DNA from: Sphagnum compactum | Taxonomy: Eukaryota | DNA: 64,000 nt | NCBI GenBank assembly: GCA_965153455.1 | Contig: OZ234493.1 | Coordinates: 27,952,213-28,016,212 of the forward strand | Reading direction: 5' to 3' | In this document: positions 62,958 through 64,000 of the stretch, in pieces | Numbering within the stretch: the stretch's first letter is position 1 | How the letters are laid out: each line of letters starts with the position of its first letter | Translations under genes and position numbers: made by a program | Notes under the pieces: model-generated | Told to the model about the DNA's origin: nothing | Database searches by the model: none | Seen by the model: only the letters and a program-made list of their open reading frames with translations

Positions 62958-63608
62958 GCTGCCTCTGACTTATCACGGTTTAGCAGAGTGTGTATGATAT
63001 TTGCTGAGGTGGATCCCAGGTGGAGGAACCCCCTGTTCTAGGACTTCCAGGGACCACCGTCTAGAAAAGAACAAATCAAGATTTATTTTTCTTTTTGTCA
63101 ATTTGCTTGCAAGCTGGCCTGGACCTTTAGCCGCTAGACACTCTCACAACTTACAAGGTTTCACACTTAATGCTGTCATAATAGATTCATTATGTGACTC
63201 ACATCACTTCACCAATGTAAGATTACACGAGATGTTAAATATTACATATAGTAAAGGAACAATGGTATCGACAATGAAGCCGCCCCTGAATCCGCTCGAA
63301 TCGTCATTTGTCTCGTCATTCAGTTGGATGGATGAAATCCGTCTATTCATAGCAACAAGAGTCGCAGCAGCAGGAATAGCAACAGCAGGAGCGATGACGG
63401 CGGCTGTGAATGAAGCCTCCCTTGAAGCCGGACGGACAATAGTTAAAAAAAAGGTAGTCTTGGTACATAGTTATGGGCCTCAAAATAATGACAAAGTCAA
63501 AAAACTGACAGTTCTTCCACGAAAACCATGAGCTCGGCAAGGTTGTTGAAATGAAAGGAACCGACGGTTCTTTCGTTCCTGTTGGGTTCTCAAGAACCGA
63601 AACCGAAA

Positions 63609-63788
63609 GGTTAAAAAACTGGAGTGGGAAATGCGAAGGATCGAGCCGAAGGGGGATCAATGGGTTGAAGACCCGAAATGGAAAATGCGAAGGACCGTGC
63701 GAGGGGGACTTGATGGGTTAAAGAACCGGAGTGGGAAATGCCAAGGACCGGGGGAGGGGGGGGGGGGGGGGGTCGACGGGGTTGAACC
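63609..63788. repeat. Degenerate ~53-bp tandem repeat (3 units) ending in a poly-G run
   Basis: GGTT(A/G)AA.A...G.A.TGG(G/A)AAATGC(G/C)AAGGA.CG...GGGGG recurs at ~63609, ~63662 and ~63715. Confidence 0.75.
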
Positions 63789-64000
63789 AAACATTGTTGA
63801 AATAACACACCTGTGCATTATGCACGGGGCACACACTAGTCTCATAATAAGCTTTAGAGCACACTTTTGAGCTTGTGTTTTTGTGCCTTGTGTGTTTTTG
63901 TGTTGAACTGTGTTGCATGACTTTTCATTTTTTTCAAAAAAGATTATTTAATTTGTTCTGCATGTTTCCTCTATCACAAGTCGAATTCAGTGCCAAACCA

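Noticed and set aside
63405..63425. miR166 locus or target (GAATGAAGCCT)
   Set aside because: Only an 11-nt match to the 3' half of miR166; the 5' seed-pairing part is absent and there is no precursor hairpin.
63001..63531. 176-aa plus-strand ORF
   Set aside because: TTG start, compositionally patchy and no recognisable domain.

Overview
AT-rich, transposon-dense eukaryotic DNA. It is most likely from a land plant; the repeat landscape and kinase type suggest a moss such as Sphagnum, which is inference only. There is one convincing host gene: an apparently intronless MAP kinase kinase kinase of the plant MAPKKK13-21 type (HCD catalytic loop; 51457-53637, +). It has a very long activation segment and a Cys-rich hydrophobic C-terminal tail. 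It sits between a full-length decayed hAT transposon (45835-50122, perfect 8-bp TSD) and a full-length decayed PIF/Harbinger (54823-57965, TAA TSD, convergent transposase and Myb/SANT genes). The rest of the window holds two old copies of one chromodomain-bearing Ty3/gypsy family in opposite orientation (1334-6967 and 34760-41813), a solo LTR, a second hAT transposase relic, a copia gag fragment, a probable non-autonomous Helitron, several hAT-type MITEs, and tandem or low-complexity repeats. No rRNA, tRNA or CRISPR array was recognised. The most notable observations are a duplicated hairpin+PPT module enclosing an extra segment with an antisense ORF in both gypsy copies, and a possible splice switch that would remove the kinase's membrane anchor. 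No clearly new multi-gene system could be demonstrated.
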